Assembly (NCBI GenBank): GCA_963697305.1
Contig: CAVONO010000014.1
Span: 3,338 to 67,337 of the forward strand
DNA from: an uncultured Chloroflexia bacterium
GTDB lineage: Bacteria; Chloroflexota; Anaerolineae; Promineifilales; Promineifilaceae
Length of the DNA stretch: 64,000 nt
Direction of reading: 5' to 3'
The translations under genes were made by a program, and so were the position numbers. The notes below the pieces were generated by a model. That model made no database searches. It worked only from the letters and a program-made list of their open reading frames with translations, and was not told the origin of the DNA. Positions 18,354 through 28,253 of the stretch are shown in pieces. How positions within the stretch are numbered: the stretch's first letter is position 1; each line of letters opens with the position of its first letter.

Positions 18354-20570
18354 TCAGTTGGCTTTGGCATTGGTGTGGGGGGCACGTCCGTTGCGGTCGG
18401 CGTGATAGTGGGCTGTGCGCTTGCTTCGACAGTCGGTGTCACCGTGGGCGCCGGCGTCGGCGTCGGCAGACGTGGGATCGGGATTGATCACGATTTCGCG
18501 GCGGGCGCTTTCTGCTAACACGACCCCGCGGCTGTTCTCTAACTTGATTTGCCACGCGTACGTGCCTAGAAGTTCAGCGACATCAACATCTACAGCTTTC
18601 ATCGCCAAAACATAACGTGTGCCCAAGATTGGGTTTTGAACGCTGCCAACAGCGATTGGGCTCCCGGAACCTTGCAGGTACACCGTGAACTTATCAGCAG
18701 ATGACAACTGTTGTGACCAGTTCCAGGTGAAAGTGACTAGATCGGTATTCAGTGCTTCCAGCTCGTCGCCTGGCGTCAGTACGCGCAGTACAGGTGGGTC
18801 GGCCGGCACAAAGCTGTTGCCAAATTCCGTTGTCCAATACCAGACGCTCGGTGCAGCGTAATCCACCGTATAGCCAACACCCATTTCTGTGGCCCAGCGG
18901 TTGAGAACAATTGGACGGTGGCCCGGACTGTTGACCCAGAACTCTACTGCCTGGCGGGGGTCGGGGAATCCCCACGCTGTCGCTTCACCGGCATAACCCT
19001 GGGTATAGCCATACCAGAGCTGGCGTTCGGCCGGTGCTGAGCCATCCGACCCGACATGCTGCGTGTGCTGCGTTGCCGCCATATCGACCGTATGCTTTTG
19101 CGCCGCTGCGCTCAATTGTGATGATTCACTTAATGGTGGCAAATCAAATAGACGGCGTGCTTCGTTGACATAGAGTAGAAGCTGGCCGGTTGGTGGCGTG
19201 CCGGCTGCTATTTCCAGCGGCTCTATGACAAAGGTGTCCTCTAGATCGACTGCCAGCGCTGGTTGTTCTGAAATTAAGGTCAAATCGGCGTCGGCGGAAC
19301 TGCCACTGGTTAGCCCGGAAAAATAGCTGACCAAAGGGATATAGGACTTCAGGTTACCGGGGTCAACATGGATCCAACGGCCGACTTTCGTCGAACCAAA
19401 TTCGTTGTTGGCAATCAAAGTAACATAATAATCGCCCGTCTGGCGATAAGCGTGGCTGACCTTGTCCCCACTGTACTCTTTGCCGTCTCCCATCTGCCAC
19501 GTTAACTCTGTGCCGGATGCAACGGCGACAGCTTGGCCACTCAGACGTTCCCCTGCAGGCGCGCTGTCGTCGACGAGAATGTCGGCCGTTGGCGGCAGAC
19601 CAACGATAACCGTCTGTGATGCTTCAGAACGGCCGTATTCATTCTCGATCAAAAGCTGTACCTGGTATGTGCCCGGTTGTTGGTAAATATGTTGTGGGTT
19701 CGCTTCGTCTGAAAGGGTGCCATCGCCAAATTGCCAGGTATAGCGTACAGGTGATTGCCCGCCGCTTTCATTGATGAAGCTGACAGCATCTCCTATCCCT
19801 GCTGTTTCATCGGCGGGCCGGAATCCGGCCGTGGCGTGGGGCACAACTGTGATCTGTTCACTATGAGAGGCGCTGCCGACCGGATTCTTGACGGTGACCG
19901 TTACCTTGTAGACCCCGGCTGTCGGGTAAACGACAGGAGGGCTGCTGATTGGCAGGCGACGGCCGTCACCCAGTTCCCAAACTTCAGACAACGGCCCTGG
20001 CCCCGTCGCATCAACCTCCAACTTCAACGGTTGGCCAATCGATACATGCGAAGGACTGGTGATCCCGTTAATAAGCGGTGGAATCCCCAACCAAAGCACG
20101 GTAGAGGTGCTTTCCTCAAGACCGTCGTGGCGCATCGTTACCGTTATTTTCTGTTCGGGGTGTGCCAGATCGACTGCAGCGACCTTGAGTGGTAAGGTCA
20201 ATTCCCTGGTCCCGTTCTGGCCTGGAACGACAGCCAGCCATTGGACCGTGTTCGAAGCAAGATTCATGGTAGCACCCGCAGCCAATTTTTCGCTATCAAT
20301 CTGCAGGTTAGAAGGCAGCTGCAGCAGAATCTCAGGTGAAGCCAGCGTGTCACTGTGGTTGGTCAAAAGAACCCGTAGCTGCAAGCGGTCACGCGGCACG
20401 CCTACAGGGGGAGAAACAACCAGGTCCAACTGTAACGGACCGCTGAGTTGTGCGACTCCAGTGTAGGTGGCAGCAGAAAGCGGTGCAGGTCGTTCATACT
20501 GCATGACAACAGAGGCCATGACGACGAACAAGATCGTCAAAGCCAGAAGCGAGCGCGACTTGAGCTTCAT
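18354..20570 (-). CDS. Secreted protein with three PKD repeats and a CAP/SCP (YkwD-like) domain
   Basis: N-terminal signal/TM segment. PKD motifs WELGDGRR..., WQFGDGTLSDE...H.Y..PGTYQV and WQMGDGKEYS. The CAP-like block is EARRLFDLPPLSESSQLSAAAQKH...VNSPGHRPIVLN. Confidence 0.7.
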   Translation of the reverse strand: MKLKSRSLLALTILFVVMASVVMQYERPAPLSAATYTGVAQLSGPLQLDLVVSPPVGVPRDRLQLRVLLTNHSDTLASPEILLQLPSNLQIDSEKLAAGATMNLASNTVQWLAVVPGQNGTRELTLPLKVAAVDLAHPEQKITVTMRHDGLEESTSTVLWLGIPPLINGITSPSHVSIGQPLKLEVDATGPGPLSEVWELGDGRRLPISSPPVVYPTAGVYKVTVTVKNPVGSASHSEQITVVPHATAGFRPADETAGIGDAVSFINESGGQSPVRYTWQFGDGTLSDEANPQHIYQQPGTYQVQLLIENEYGRSEASQTVIVGLPPTADILVDDSAPAGERLSGQAVAVASGTELTWQMGDGKEYSGDKVSHAYRQTGDYYVTLIANNEFGSTKVGRWIHVDPGNLKSYIPLVSYFSGLTSGSSADADLTLISEQPALAVDLEDTFVIEPLEIAAGTPPTGQLLLYVNEARRLFDLPPLSESSQLSAAAQKHTVDMAATQHTQHVGSDGSAPAERQLWYGYTQGYAGEATAWGFPDPRQAVEFWVNSPGHRPIVLNRWATEMGVGYTVDYAAPSVWYWTTEFGNSFVPADPPVLRVLTPGDELEALNTDLVTFTWNWSQQLSSADKFTVYLQGSGSPIAVGSVQNPILGTRYVLAMKAVDVDVAELLGTYAWQIKLENSRGVVLAESARREIVINPDPTSADADAGAHGDTDCRSKRTAHYHADRNGRAPHTNAKAN

Positions 20571-20745
20571 TTGCCTAGCAGTTTATCAGAAATAGCAGGA
20601 TATAACAAGATATACAGCGCAGATCAGATCATGCTGGGCAACGCCGCGAGAATAACAGAAAGGAAGGCAAGAAAGGAAACAGGGAAGCGGGTACTGCACC
20701 GTAACCGCCACTGCCCCGGCCCCTAACAGCTCTCCCGCGCCACAT

Positions 20746-21372
20746 TCACATATCCCAGGTGGCGTCGCCGAAAAAGTCACCATGATCTTTCTCCACGAAT
20801 ACCTCAATAGCCGCCCGCCGGTCGCCCAGGCGAAAATGGGGGCCATGCCCTGGGTAACAGACCATCCCGTCCGGCCAGGTGAGCACGATCTCGCGCAGCG
20901 TCTTTAATGTCGTCTGAAACTCTTCACTGGTCCAGGTTTTTCCCGGACCGCCATCAAAAATCGTGTCGCCGACGATATTGCGCGAATCATCCTCAATGAC
21001 GAAACAAATATGGTCGCCGATATGGCCTGGGGTGTGGATAACGTTCAGAGTGTGGCTGCCGACTTGAACCGAATCACCGTGCTGCAGCCAGCGGTCTGCA
21101 TCCAGTTCGATTCCTCCGGCATGGGGACCGGGATGGGCCAAGAGCGGCACATTTAAGCGGCTGCGCATCTCCGCCAGCGCGCCAGTATGGTCGCCGTGCG
21201 TATGGGTTAACAGGATGGCTACTGGAGTGCTGCCGGCGAGCATTTCGCTTAATGTGTCGGGATCAGCACCCGGATCGATAAGCACGCTGCGCTTTGTGTC
21301 CAGGCAGATCAGGACATAAGTATTCATGCCCCAGGGGCCAACCTGGCGGGTTCTTAATTCCATGGGTTGCAT
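20746..21372 (-). CDS. MBL-fold metallo-hydrolase (glyoxalase II-like)
   Basis: The LLTHTHGDHTGA (HxHxDH) motif and downstream His/Asp ligands. Confidence 0.85.
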   Translation of the reverse strand: MQPMELRTRQVGPWGMNTYVLICLDTKRSVLIDPGADPDTLSEMLAGSTPVAILLTHTHGDHTGALAEMRSRLNVPLLAHPGPHAGGIELDADRWLQHGDSVQVGSHTLNVIHTPGHIGDHICFVIEDDSRNIVGDTIFDGGPGKTWTSEEFQTTLKTLREIVLTWPDGMVCYPGHGPHFRLGDRRAAIEVFVEKDHGDFFGDATWDM

Positions 21373-21451
21373 TTTGTATTATTGCCTCCTCAAAAATCGT
21401 TGGACGATTTAATAAATCGTCCATTCCAAACGTGTGGAGTAGTCGGCATTC

Positions 21452-22063
21452 TCAGATGCCGCTTATTCCTTGCCATAATTGATGTAGGGCGAAAAAGAGT
21501 AGTGCAATCGCCGAAAGCCCGCTCAAAAGGCGGCTGACGCGTGCATCTAGGCGCTTGGTCAAGGCGAATAAGGCGATGAAAGCGGCAAAACCGCCAACGA
21601 GTGTCAGGTAAAATCCTAGCACAAAACTGATCCCGCTGCTGGGTGACTGCTTCCAGCCGGCAATTAATATCGGTCCGGCGATCGTGGCCCAGAAAACGTA
21701 GGGATTGGGGCTGAGCAGATTCATCAGCGCCGCCTTGAGCATACCTTGTTGGGTTGATTCCAGGGGTTGTGGGGTGGTGGTAACGGCCGTCCTAAAACTC
21801 CTATACGCGCCATAAGCCAGGTACAAGAGAAATATGCCGCCTACGATGCGTAGAATCTGCAAAGACCAGTCAGGCGCTTGCGTCAAGACGAGGAGGACCA
21901 GCAACACAATCGGCAGGTCACTGATTAGTGGAGCAAAAGCAGCCGGCAAGGTGCGCCTCCAGCCGTTTTTCATCGTCTGTGATAACAAATAAGCCTGTAA
22001 AGGGCCCGGCTGCGCCGCGGCCGTTCCCCCAAGAACCAATCCTTGTGATAAATAAACGAGCAA
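21452..22063 (-). CDS. LysE/RhtB family amino-acid efflux protein
   Basis: About 200 aa with six hydrophobic segments and LysE-like N-terminal glycine/proline spacing. Confidence 0.6.
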   Translation of the reverse strand: MLVYLSQGLVLGGTAAAQPGPLQAYLLSQTMKNGWRRTLPAAFAPLISDLPIVLLVLLVLTQAPDWSLQILRIVGGIFLLYLAYGAYRSFRTAVTTTPQPLESTQQGMLKAALMNLLSPNPYVFWATIAGPILIAGWKQSPSSGISFVLGFYLTLVGGFAAFIALFALTKRLDARVSRLLSGLSAIALLFFALHQLWQGISGI

Positions 22064-22308
22064 AAGATCTTCTCCGTGCTAAAGAATGGACAATTTACTC
22101 TATCACAAAACAGCGCGCTGATCATTTCAGGAATGGAAATTGACAGATAGCTCTATTGTTGGAGAGCCATCTTTACGCGCTTAACGATCGACAACCGTTC
22201 CTTGGCTCACACTTTACGATTATGTGCACGAAAGATGCTATACTCCAAAAGTGGACTTTTTTGATTTGTACATCGCAGGTAACCGCCGTATTAAACGAGA
22301 AGCCAAGC

Positions 22309-23394
22309 ATGCAAGAGAGCAAAAGTTGGAGTACTACAACCCGCTACTTTGTGCTGATCCTGATCCTGGGCGGTCTCATCTGGCTGGCGATTTCGGCCAG
22401 GGATCTGATTGGACCTCTGGCCATTTCGGCGCTCCTCGCTTACGTATTGAACCCGTTGGTGCTGCGGGTCAGCAAGCAAAGCCGTTTGAGCCGTCCGTGG
22501 GCGGTGTTGCTCGTGTTTATGGCATTTCTTGCCGTGTTGGTGATCGCAGGTGCCCTGATTGCCCCTGTGCTTCCAGCACAACTTTCCAACCTGGCAGAGC
22601 AATTGGAGACGATCACGGTTCAGGTCCAGACCTTACTCGCGACGCCGATTACCGTCTTCGGCATGCAAATACCGTTGGATACGGTTCTGGCTAACTGGCC
22701 GGCGATCACACAAGATGCCGCACGGCCTGATCTGCTGATCACTGTCGTCTTGTCTACATCGCACAATCTTGTTTGGGTTCTGGTGGTCGTTTTCACAACC
22801 TATTACTTGCTGCTGGACTGGGTACAATTACGCGACTGGCTGATCGGCCTTGTGCCCGAACCGTATGCCCCCGATATGCGCCATCTCTATGTGGATATAC
22901 GCGACGTCTGGAACCGTTATTTTGCCGGCCAATTACGGCTGATGTTTATCGTAGGTCTGTTGACCGGTGCCGCCTCTGCTGCCATGGGTTTGCCTGGGGC
23001 TTTTGCTTTCGCCGTGTTGGCAGGATTGTTCGATATCTTCCTTTCAGTTGGCCCACTGATTGTGACGGTTATTGCCGGCATTGTCGCCTTTGTCGCCGGA
23101 TCGAACTATTTACCCTTATCCAACTTCTGGTTCATGGTCTTGGTAGTCGTGGTGTTTAATATTATTCATTTGTTCGAGAACGGATGGCTCCGGCCTCGAA
23201 TTATGAGCGAAAGATTACACATACATCCCGCTGTCGTTTTTGTAGCCGTGGTCGCCTCCCTGGCGCTGGCCGGCATACTCACGGCGCTGATCATCGTGCC
23301 CTTAATTGGCTCAGCCATGGTCGTGGGACACTATCTTTACTGTAAGATTCTGGACATACAGCCGTGGCCGGAAATCAACGAAGAAAAGCAATGA
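22309..23394 (+). CDS. AI-2E (PerM/UPF0118) family transporter
   Basis: A multi-TM protein with AI-2E-like topology. The start is uncertain: the ORF is open from 22156, and ATG 22309 precedes the first TM segment. Confidence 0.6.
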   Translation: MQESKSWSTTTRYFVLILILGGLIWLAISARDLIGPLAISALLAYVLNPLVLRVSKQSRLSRPWAVLLVFMAFLAVLVIAGALIAPVLPAQLSNLAEQLETITVQVQTLLATPITVFGMQIPLDTVLANWPAITQDAARPDLLITVVLSTSHNLVWVLVVVFTTYYLLLDWVQLRDWLIGLVPEPYAPDMRHLYVDIRDVWNRYFAGQLRLMFIVGLLTGAASAAMGLPGAFAFAVLAGLFDIFLSVGPLIVTVIAGIVAFVAGSNYLPLSNFWFMVLVVVVFNIIHLFENGWLRPRIMSERLHIHPAVVFVAVVASLALAGILTALIIVPLIGSAMVVGHYLYCKILDIQPWPEINEEKQ

Positions 23395-23403
23395 CCCTTT
23401 TCT

Positions 23404-23467
23404 AGAAGTTCAACTTTTTATCTTTTGAGATCAGGAAAAGCTCCTGGTCTTGAAAAGTTGAACTTCT
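23404..23467. repeat. Hairpin repeat element, copy 1
   Basis: Arms AGAAGTTCAACTTTT (23404-23418) and AAAAGTTGAACTTCT (23453-23467) are perfectly complementary, with a 34-nt loop. It lies between convergent genes. Confidence 0.85.
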
Positions 23468-23477
23468 TTGTTAACCC

Positions 23478-24245
23478 CTACAGCTTGGTCAAAATCTCTG
23501 GGCCATTCTTGGTGATGACGACCGTGTGTTCATATTGCACGCTCAAATCGCCGTCGGCCGTAACCACCGTCCAACCGTCATTAAGCAAAAACCACTTGTG
23601 AGTCCCGGCATTGATCATTGGTTCGATTGTGAAGGTCATACCACGTCGCAGCAGGGGACCTCTCGTCGACTGGCGGATATGTGAGACTGAAGGCGGTTCG
23701 TGCAGGGCACGGCCGATACCATGTCCACCCCATTCATGAACCACGCTCACCCCCTGAGCATCCGTATAAGCATTGATAGCTGCGCCAATATCATGCAAGT
23801 AGCCACCCGGTTGGGCCGCTTCAATGCCCACACGCAGCGCTTCCTTGCCGATAGCCATCATGCGCTGCGCTTTAGCGGATACATTGCCCACGGCAAATGT
23901 GTAGCAAGCATCGCCACAGAAACCTTTATGCTTGAGGCCGATGTCAACGCCGATCAAGTCGCCCTCTTTGAGAACCCGATTATCGGGCAGGCCGTGACAT
24001 ATCTCGTGGTTGACCGAGGCGCAGATGACGCCAGGGAAGGGCGGGTGTTCGGCCGAACTGCCCTGGTAACCCTTATAAAGCGGCTCTGCTCCCTGTTGGG
24101 CGATGTAATCCTCGACGAGCTTATCTAGGACACTTAAGGGGACCCCTGGCTGTATTTTCTCTTCCAAGAGTGCAAAGCACTCGGCAACCATGCGTCCCGC
24201 CTCACGCATACGGGAGATAGCTCTAGCATTCTTTACGCGCATCAT
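23478..24245 (-). CDS. map: Type I methionine aminopeptidase
   Basis: Pita-bread fold metal ligands in the expected context (GDLIGVDIG..., HGIGRALHE, TIEPMI). 255 aa. Confidence 0.95.
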   Translation of the reverse strand: MMRVKNARAISRMREAGRMVAECFALLEEKIQPGVPLSVLDKLVEDYIAQQGAEPLYKGYQGSSAEHPPFPGVICASVNHEICHGLPDNRVLKEGDLIGVDIGLKHKGFCGDACYTFAVGNVSAKAQRMMAIGKEALRVGIEAAQPGGYLHDIGAAINAYTDAQGVSVVHEWGGHGIGRALHEPPSVSHIRQSTRGPLLRRGMTFTIEPMINAGTHKWFLLNDGWTVVTADGDLSVQYEHTVVITKNGPEILTKL

Positions 24246-24391
24246 ATCCTTCTCAAGCTAAATAGGGTTAAGCGAGGCGAAGTATAGCACAGAATCGTGT
24301 TTAGCGTCACACTGCATAACAAGAAAGTGATTCAATTCTATGCCGTTTTATCAATATAATTGGCAATAATGTTCATAAAATCACCAACATG

Positions 24392-24420
24392 TTGACAATA
24401 TCAATATATTTGTTTATTAT
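24392..24420 (+). promoter_or_regulatory. Candidate sigma-70 promoter for the MFS gene
   Basis: TTGACA (24392-24397), a 17-nt spacer, then TATTAT (24415-24420), about 30 nt upstream of the ATG at 24449. Confidence 0.4.
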
Positions 24421-24448
24421 CTTGTTTGTCAAAGGAGTAAAGATCGAC

Positions 24449-25759
24449 ATGAACAAACCAGACGCCACCCCCTCCACCTCGCTTCGACCGTTCCTGGTAC
24501 TATGGACGGGTCAGGCGGTGTCCTTGCTGGGCAGCCAGCTAGTCCAATTCGCACTTATCTGGTGGCTGACCCAGGAAACCGGATCGGCCACCGTGTTGGC
24601 CATGGCTTCCTTGGTGGGGCTGCTGCCGCAAGTGGTCCTGGGTCCTTTTGTGGGCGTTCTTGTCGATCGCTGGAACCGGCGGCTGACCATGCTGCTTGCC
24701 GACAGCCTGGTGGCCGCGGCCACGCTGGTTCTGGCTTACCTGTTCTCAACCGGTGCGGTTGAGATTTGGCATATTTACCTTTTACTGTTTGTCCGCGCTC
24801 TTGGTGGCGCCTTTCATTGGCCGGCCATGATGGCCTCGACCAGTTTAATGGTTCCGGATGAGCAGCTGACGCGTATCCAGGGCCTCAACCAGATGTTAAA
24901 TGGGGGTATGAATATCGCCGCCGCACCTTTGGGTGCTTTGCTGTTGGCCTTGCTGCCCTTACAGGGCATATTAGCCATTGATGTGGCTACCGCCTTGTTC
25001 GCCATTGTACCCTTATTATTCATCCACGTGCCCCAGCCGCAGAAGCAAGATGAGAATGGGGTGGAGAAAGCGCCCGCTGCCCGATCGTACTGGACCGACC
25101 TGCGCACGGGGCTGCGTTATGTACTTGACCGGCCGGCGCTAATAATCCTGATGAGCATGGCCATGCTGGTGAATCTGGTGCTCACCCCCGCCTTTTCCTT
25201 TATGCCGCTACTGGTGACGAATCACTTCGCCGGAACGGCGTGGCACCTTGGAGCCATCGATGCCGCAGCCGGCATAGGCATGTTGGCTGGAGGGCTCGTG
25301 CTTAGCTTCTGGGGAGGTTTCAAGCGACGCGTGCTAACCACGCTAATGGGCTTGTTCTTTCTGGGTTTGAGCCTGGTTCTGTTGGGCCTGGTACCGGCAA
25401 ATCTTTTTTTCCTGGCAATTGCTGTGGCCGTGCTGGCCGGGTTTATGATTCCGATGATCGACGGTCCACTGATCGCAATTCTGCAGGCCATTGTAGCCCC
25501 TGAAGTGCAGGGTAGGGTCTTTACTTTATTAGGGAGTCTCTCCAAAGCGATGACGCCGCTGGGGTTGATCATTGCCGGCCCGGTCGCCGATCTCATCGGG
25601 GTCCGCAGTTGGTTTATAATGGGTGGGCTGGTTACTTCAGGACTGGCTGTCGCCAGTCTCTTAATACCCCAATTGCTGCACATTGAAGATGGCCAGGAAC
25701 CGTTAACGCTGCAGGCGGGTGATGACCAGCCGCTTCCCGAAATGAGCGCTTCAAGCTAG
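24449..25759 (+). CDS. MFS transporter (EntS/MFS_3-like)
   Basis: ATG at 24449 with AAGGAG upstream. Twelve predicted hydrophobic segments and the loop motif DRWNRR between TM2 and TM3. Confidence 0.8.
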   Translation: MNKPDATPSTSLRPFLVLWTGQAVSLLGSQLVQFALIWWLTQETGSATVLAMASLVGLLPQVVLGPFVGVLVDRWNRRLTMLLADSLVAAATLVLAYLFSTGAVEIWHIYLLLFVRALGGAFHWPAMMASTSLMVPDEQLTRIQGLNQMLNGGMNIAAAPLGALLLALLPLQGILAIDVATALFAIVPLLFIHVPQPQKQDENGVEKAPAARSYWTDLRTGLRYVLDRPALIILMSMAMLVNLVLTPAFSFMPLLVTNHFAGTAWHLGAIDAAAGIGMLAGGLVLSFWGGFKRRVLTTLMGLFFLGLSLVLLGLVPANLFFLAIAVAVLAGFMIPMIDGPLIAILQAIVAPEVQGRVFTLLGSLSKAMTPLGLIIAGPVADLIGVRSWFIMGGLVTSGLAVASLLIPQLLHIEDGQEPLTLQAGDDQPLPEMSASS

Positions 25760-25766
25760 GTGCCGG

Positions 25767-27923
25767 CTACTCCGTGGCCCGCAGCCAATAACTCGCCGTG
25801 TCTTTTGTGAATGGGGTCAAGGGCACGACTACCAACGTACCGCCTTCCGTACCGAGATCAACCAGTCCCTGGTACTGGTTGTAAGCGTTTAGCTCTAGCT
25901 GTTCAACCTCAGGAACCACCCCCTTCCTGATTAGCTGCAATGCCCAACGTTGGGGCAGCAGCCAGCCGCTGCGCACAAAGCCTTGCATTTGCCATCGCTG
26001 GTCATCTGTCTCCGCGTCCGCATAATAGCCTAGTTCCGGTATGGCGATGTCGTCCAAGGCGAATCCTTGTCCAACTCCCTCGAAATCGGTCAGCACATGA
26101 AAGCGAAGCAGGATCTGCTGGCCGCTGAAACTGCTTAAGGGAATCGACTCATGGATCCAACCGCTGCTGCTGCCCTCCTTGCCGGCGCTGCTCCCAGTGT
26201 AAGCCGGGCCATAATCTCCGCTGACCCACTGTTGCGGTGAAATCACGCGCCATGTGGTCCCCTGGTCGGTGGAGACGGAAATGTAGCCAAAATCAAAACC
26301 CTCTTCCAAGTCGTACCAGACGTTATATTCCAGGGTGGCTTGCTCAACCTGGCTCAAATCGAAGGCGGCCGTCAATTGGGCATCACTGTCATTTGCGGGC
26401 GGTGCAACCCACATCTGTTCGCCGCTGGTGGGTTTGGCGTCGATCAGCCTGGTCGTCGTATCGCCGGCGAAGGTCAGGTTTATCCGCCCGTTGTGATCAA
26501 GGTCTATGTAGTGCACCGCTAATTGATCTAGTTCGAACGAATCATCTAACGTCGGCGGGCGAAATCGATTCTGTAATGTGGGCTGCGTCAAATCCAGCTG
26601 CGTATACGCGTACTTCTCTCCGGACGCCGGTTCATCCAGGAAGTTAGCTACGGCCCAATCCGCTATAAACTGTTCCAGGCTGCGGTCCGGCGCGAATCCG
26701 CGCAGTACATTGCGGACGGCCGTTAACCCGTTGGCCGGTTGTCTGATTAGCTCGTACACTGCGTTCTCTCCGAGTTGTTCCCAAAGATAGACGGTGAAGA
26801 GAAAACTACTCGCATAATGGGCGTCAATGATGTCATCATCGTATTCCCATCGATCCAGACGCGTATCCGTTTGCGACAGGTAAGCGTCCGGCAAAGCCGT
26901 ATCTAGCCCCACATACTGTTCGGCCAGTTGGGAAATCCCCTCATTGAACCAGGTGGACTCATTCCTATCCAGGTTCCACTGAAAAAGGTGCTGCAACTCG
27001 TGCACCAACGTGCCGAAGTAAAGCTCGCTGCCGATTTCCAGCTGCCCCATATTAAGATAGATGATTTCTTGTTCGTTGGAATCGCTAAATAGGGTCTTCG
27101 GATATTCGTCTTGATCGCTGAAGTAACCTAATTCGTAGATGTCACCGGAACCGGCCAGATGCAGGATAGAGAAGCGAGAATCGCCATCGATGCCTGGATC
27201 CCAAGGATGGCCAAAGAGGTGGCTGAGTCGCGGGTAATAGGCGGTTTCAAGCTGTTCAGCGGCCTCGCGCACGGCCGTTTCATCCAGGTACAGTGCATCA
27301 TCCACCCAGAAATAAGCGTGCTCACTGACTGCGATCAGCGTCGCCTCAACAGGCCCTTCATCCGTATAAAAGTCCAAGGGATCGCCAACCTGGAAGCCAG
27401 AGCGATCGAAAACGGTCGAGTCCTCTGCAAAACCGCCCAGATTCTTTGCCGCTTCATAATAATTATGCACCGGGAAATCCGTCTCGTACAGGCGCTCAAG
27501 ATCGGCAAAAGCACGTTCAGGAATAGGATCCTGGGTAATGTCCGCCGGAGGTTCGAGCCCCAACTTGGAAGAAGGAGGAGACGGCTGGTCGAGTTCCTGG
27601 CTGGGCGATGGAAGCGTTGTCGCTGTGGGCACGCTCTGGGTTGGGATAACGACCGTCGTTGGCGACAGGGTAGCCAGAGCGGCTCCCGCTGGCGATACCA
27701 GGCTCGGCGTTGCCGCCGGCGGCACGGTAGGTGGCGATTGCGGCAGCGGCTGGGCGCCGGCGTCGATTCCCACCACCGTCTGTCCGCCATCTCGCGTGTA
27801 GAAATAAAGACCGGCCAGCGTTCCCGCTCCCAAGATGAAAAGACAAATAAGCAGCAAGAGACAGCCACTCAATCCGATCAGTAATGCCTTTTGCCTTTTA
27901 CGCTGGCGGTTTTGCTCTTCCAT
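25767..27923 (-). CDS. Membrane-anchored or secreted zinc metalloprotease (HExxH gluzincin-like) with a Pro/Ser/Thr-rich linker
   Basis: An N-terminal TM segment, a PT-rich linker, then GTLVHELQHLFQW...FNEGISQLAE (HExxH plus a downstream Glu). The C-terminal part is beta-rich. Confidence 0.55.
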   Translation of the reverse strand: MEEQNRQRKRQKALLIGLSGCLLLLICLFILGAGTLAGLYFYTRDGGQTVVGIDAGAQPLPQSPPTVPPAATPSLVSPAGAALATLSPTTVVIPTQSVPTATTLPSPSQELDQPSPPSSKLGLEPPADITQDPIPERAFADLERLYETDFPVHNYYEAAKNLGGFAEDSTVFDRSGFQVGDPLDFYTDEGPVEATLIAVSEHAYFWVDDALYLDETAVREAAEQLETAYYPRLSHLFGHPWDPGIDGDSRFSILHLAGSGDIYELGYFSDQDEYPKTLFSDSNEQEIIYLNMGQLEIGSELYFGTLVHELQHLFQWNLDRNESTWFNEGISQLAEQYVGLDTALPDAYLSQTDTRLDRWEYDDDIIDAHYASSFLFTVYLWEQLGENAVYELIRQPANGLTAVRNVLRGFAPDRSLEQFIADWAVANFLDEPASGEKYAYTQLDLTQPTLQNRFRPPTLDDSFELDQLAVHYIDLDHNGRINLTFAGDTTTRLIDAKPTSGEQMWVAPPANDSDAQLTAAFDLSQVEQATLEYNVWYDLEEGFDFGYISVSTDQGTTWRVISPQQWVSGDYGPAYTGSSAGKEGSSSGWIHESIPLSSFSGQQILLRFHVLTDFEGVGQGFALDDIAIPELGYYADAETDDQRWQMQGFVRSGWLLPQRWALQLIRKGVVPEVEQLELNAYNQYQGLVDLGTEGGTLVVVPLTPFTKDTASYWLRATE

Positions 27924-28253
27924 AGGGCAATCTTGTCAATTTACGCGATCCATAATAAGTTTCTCAACCAACACCTCAGATGTTTTCGCGTTACTTCAAG
28001 AGCATGGGTATCCAAAAACCTCCGGTGTATTTCATGTAGATGTGCTTCTGTAGGTCAATCGTAACTCCATACATAGCACAGGGTTATTTTGCATGTAAGG
28101 TATGCTAATATAACCGGCACTACTGTCTGGTACGAATTAAACCACAGATCGTTGCCCGCGTGAAAATAGATATCTACCCTTTCTCATACTGTTACCACTG
28201 AGCAGAGGTTCACCCGGCCGGGATGAAAAAGGAATAAAATAGTTGAGGCCTCT

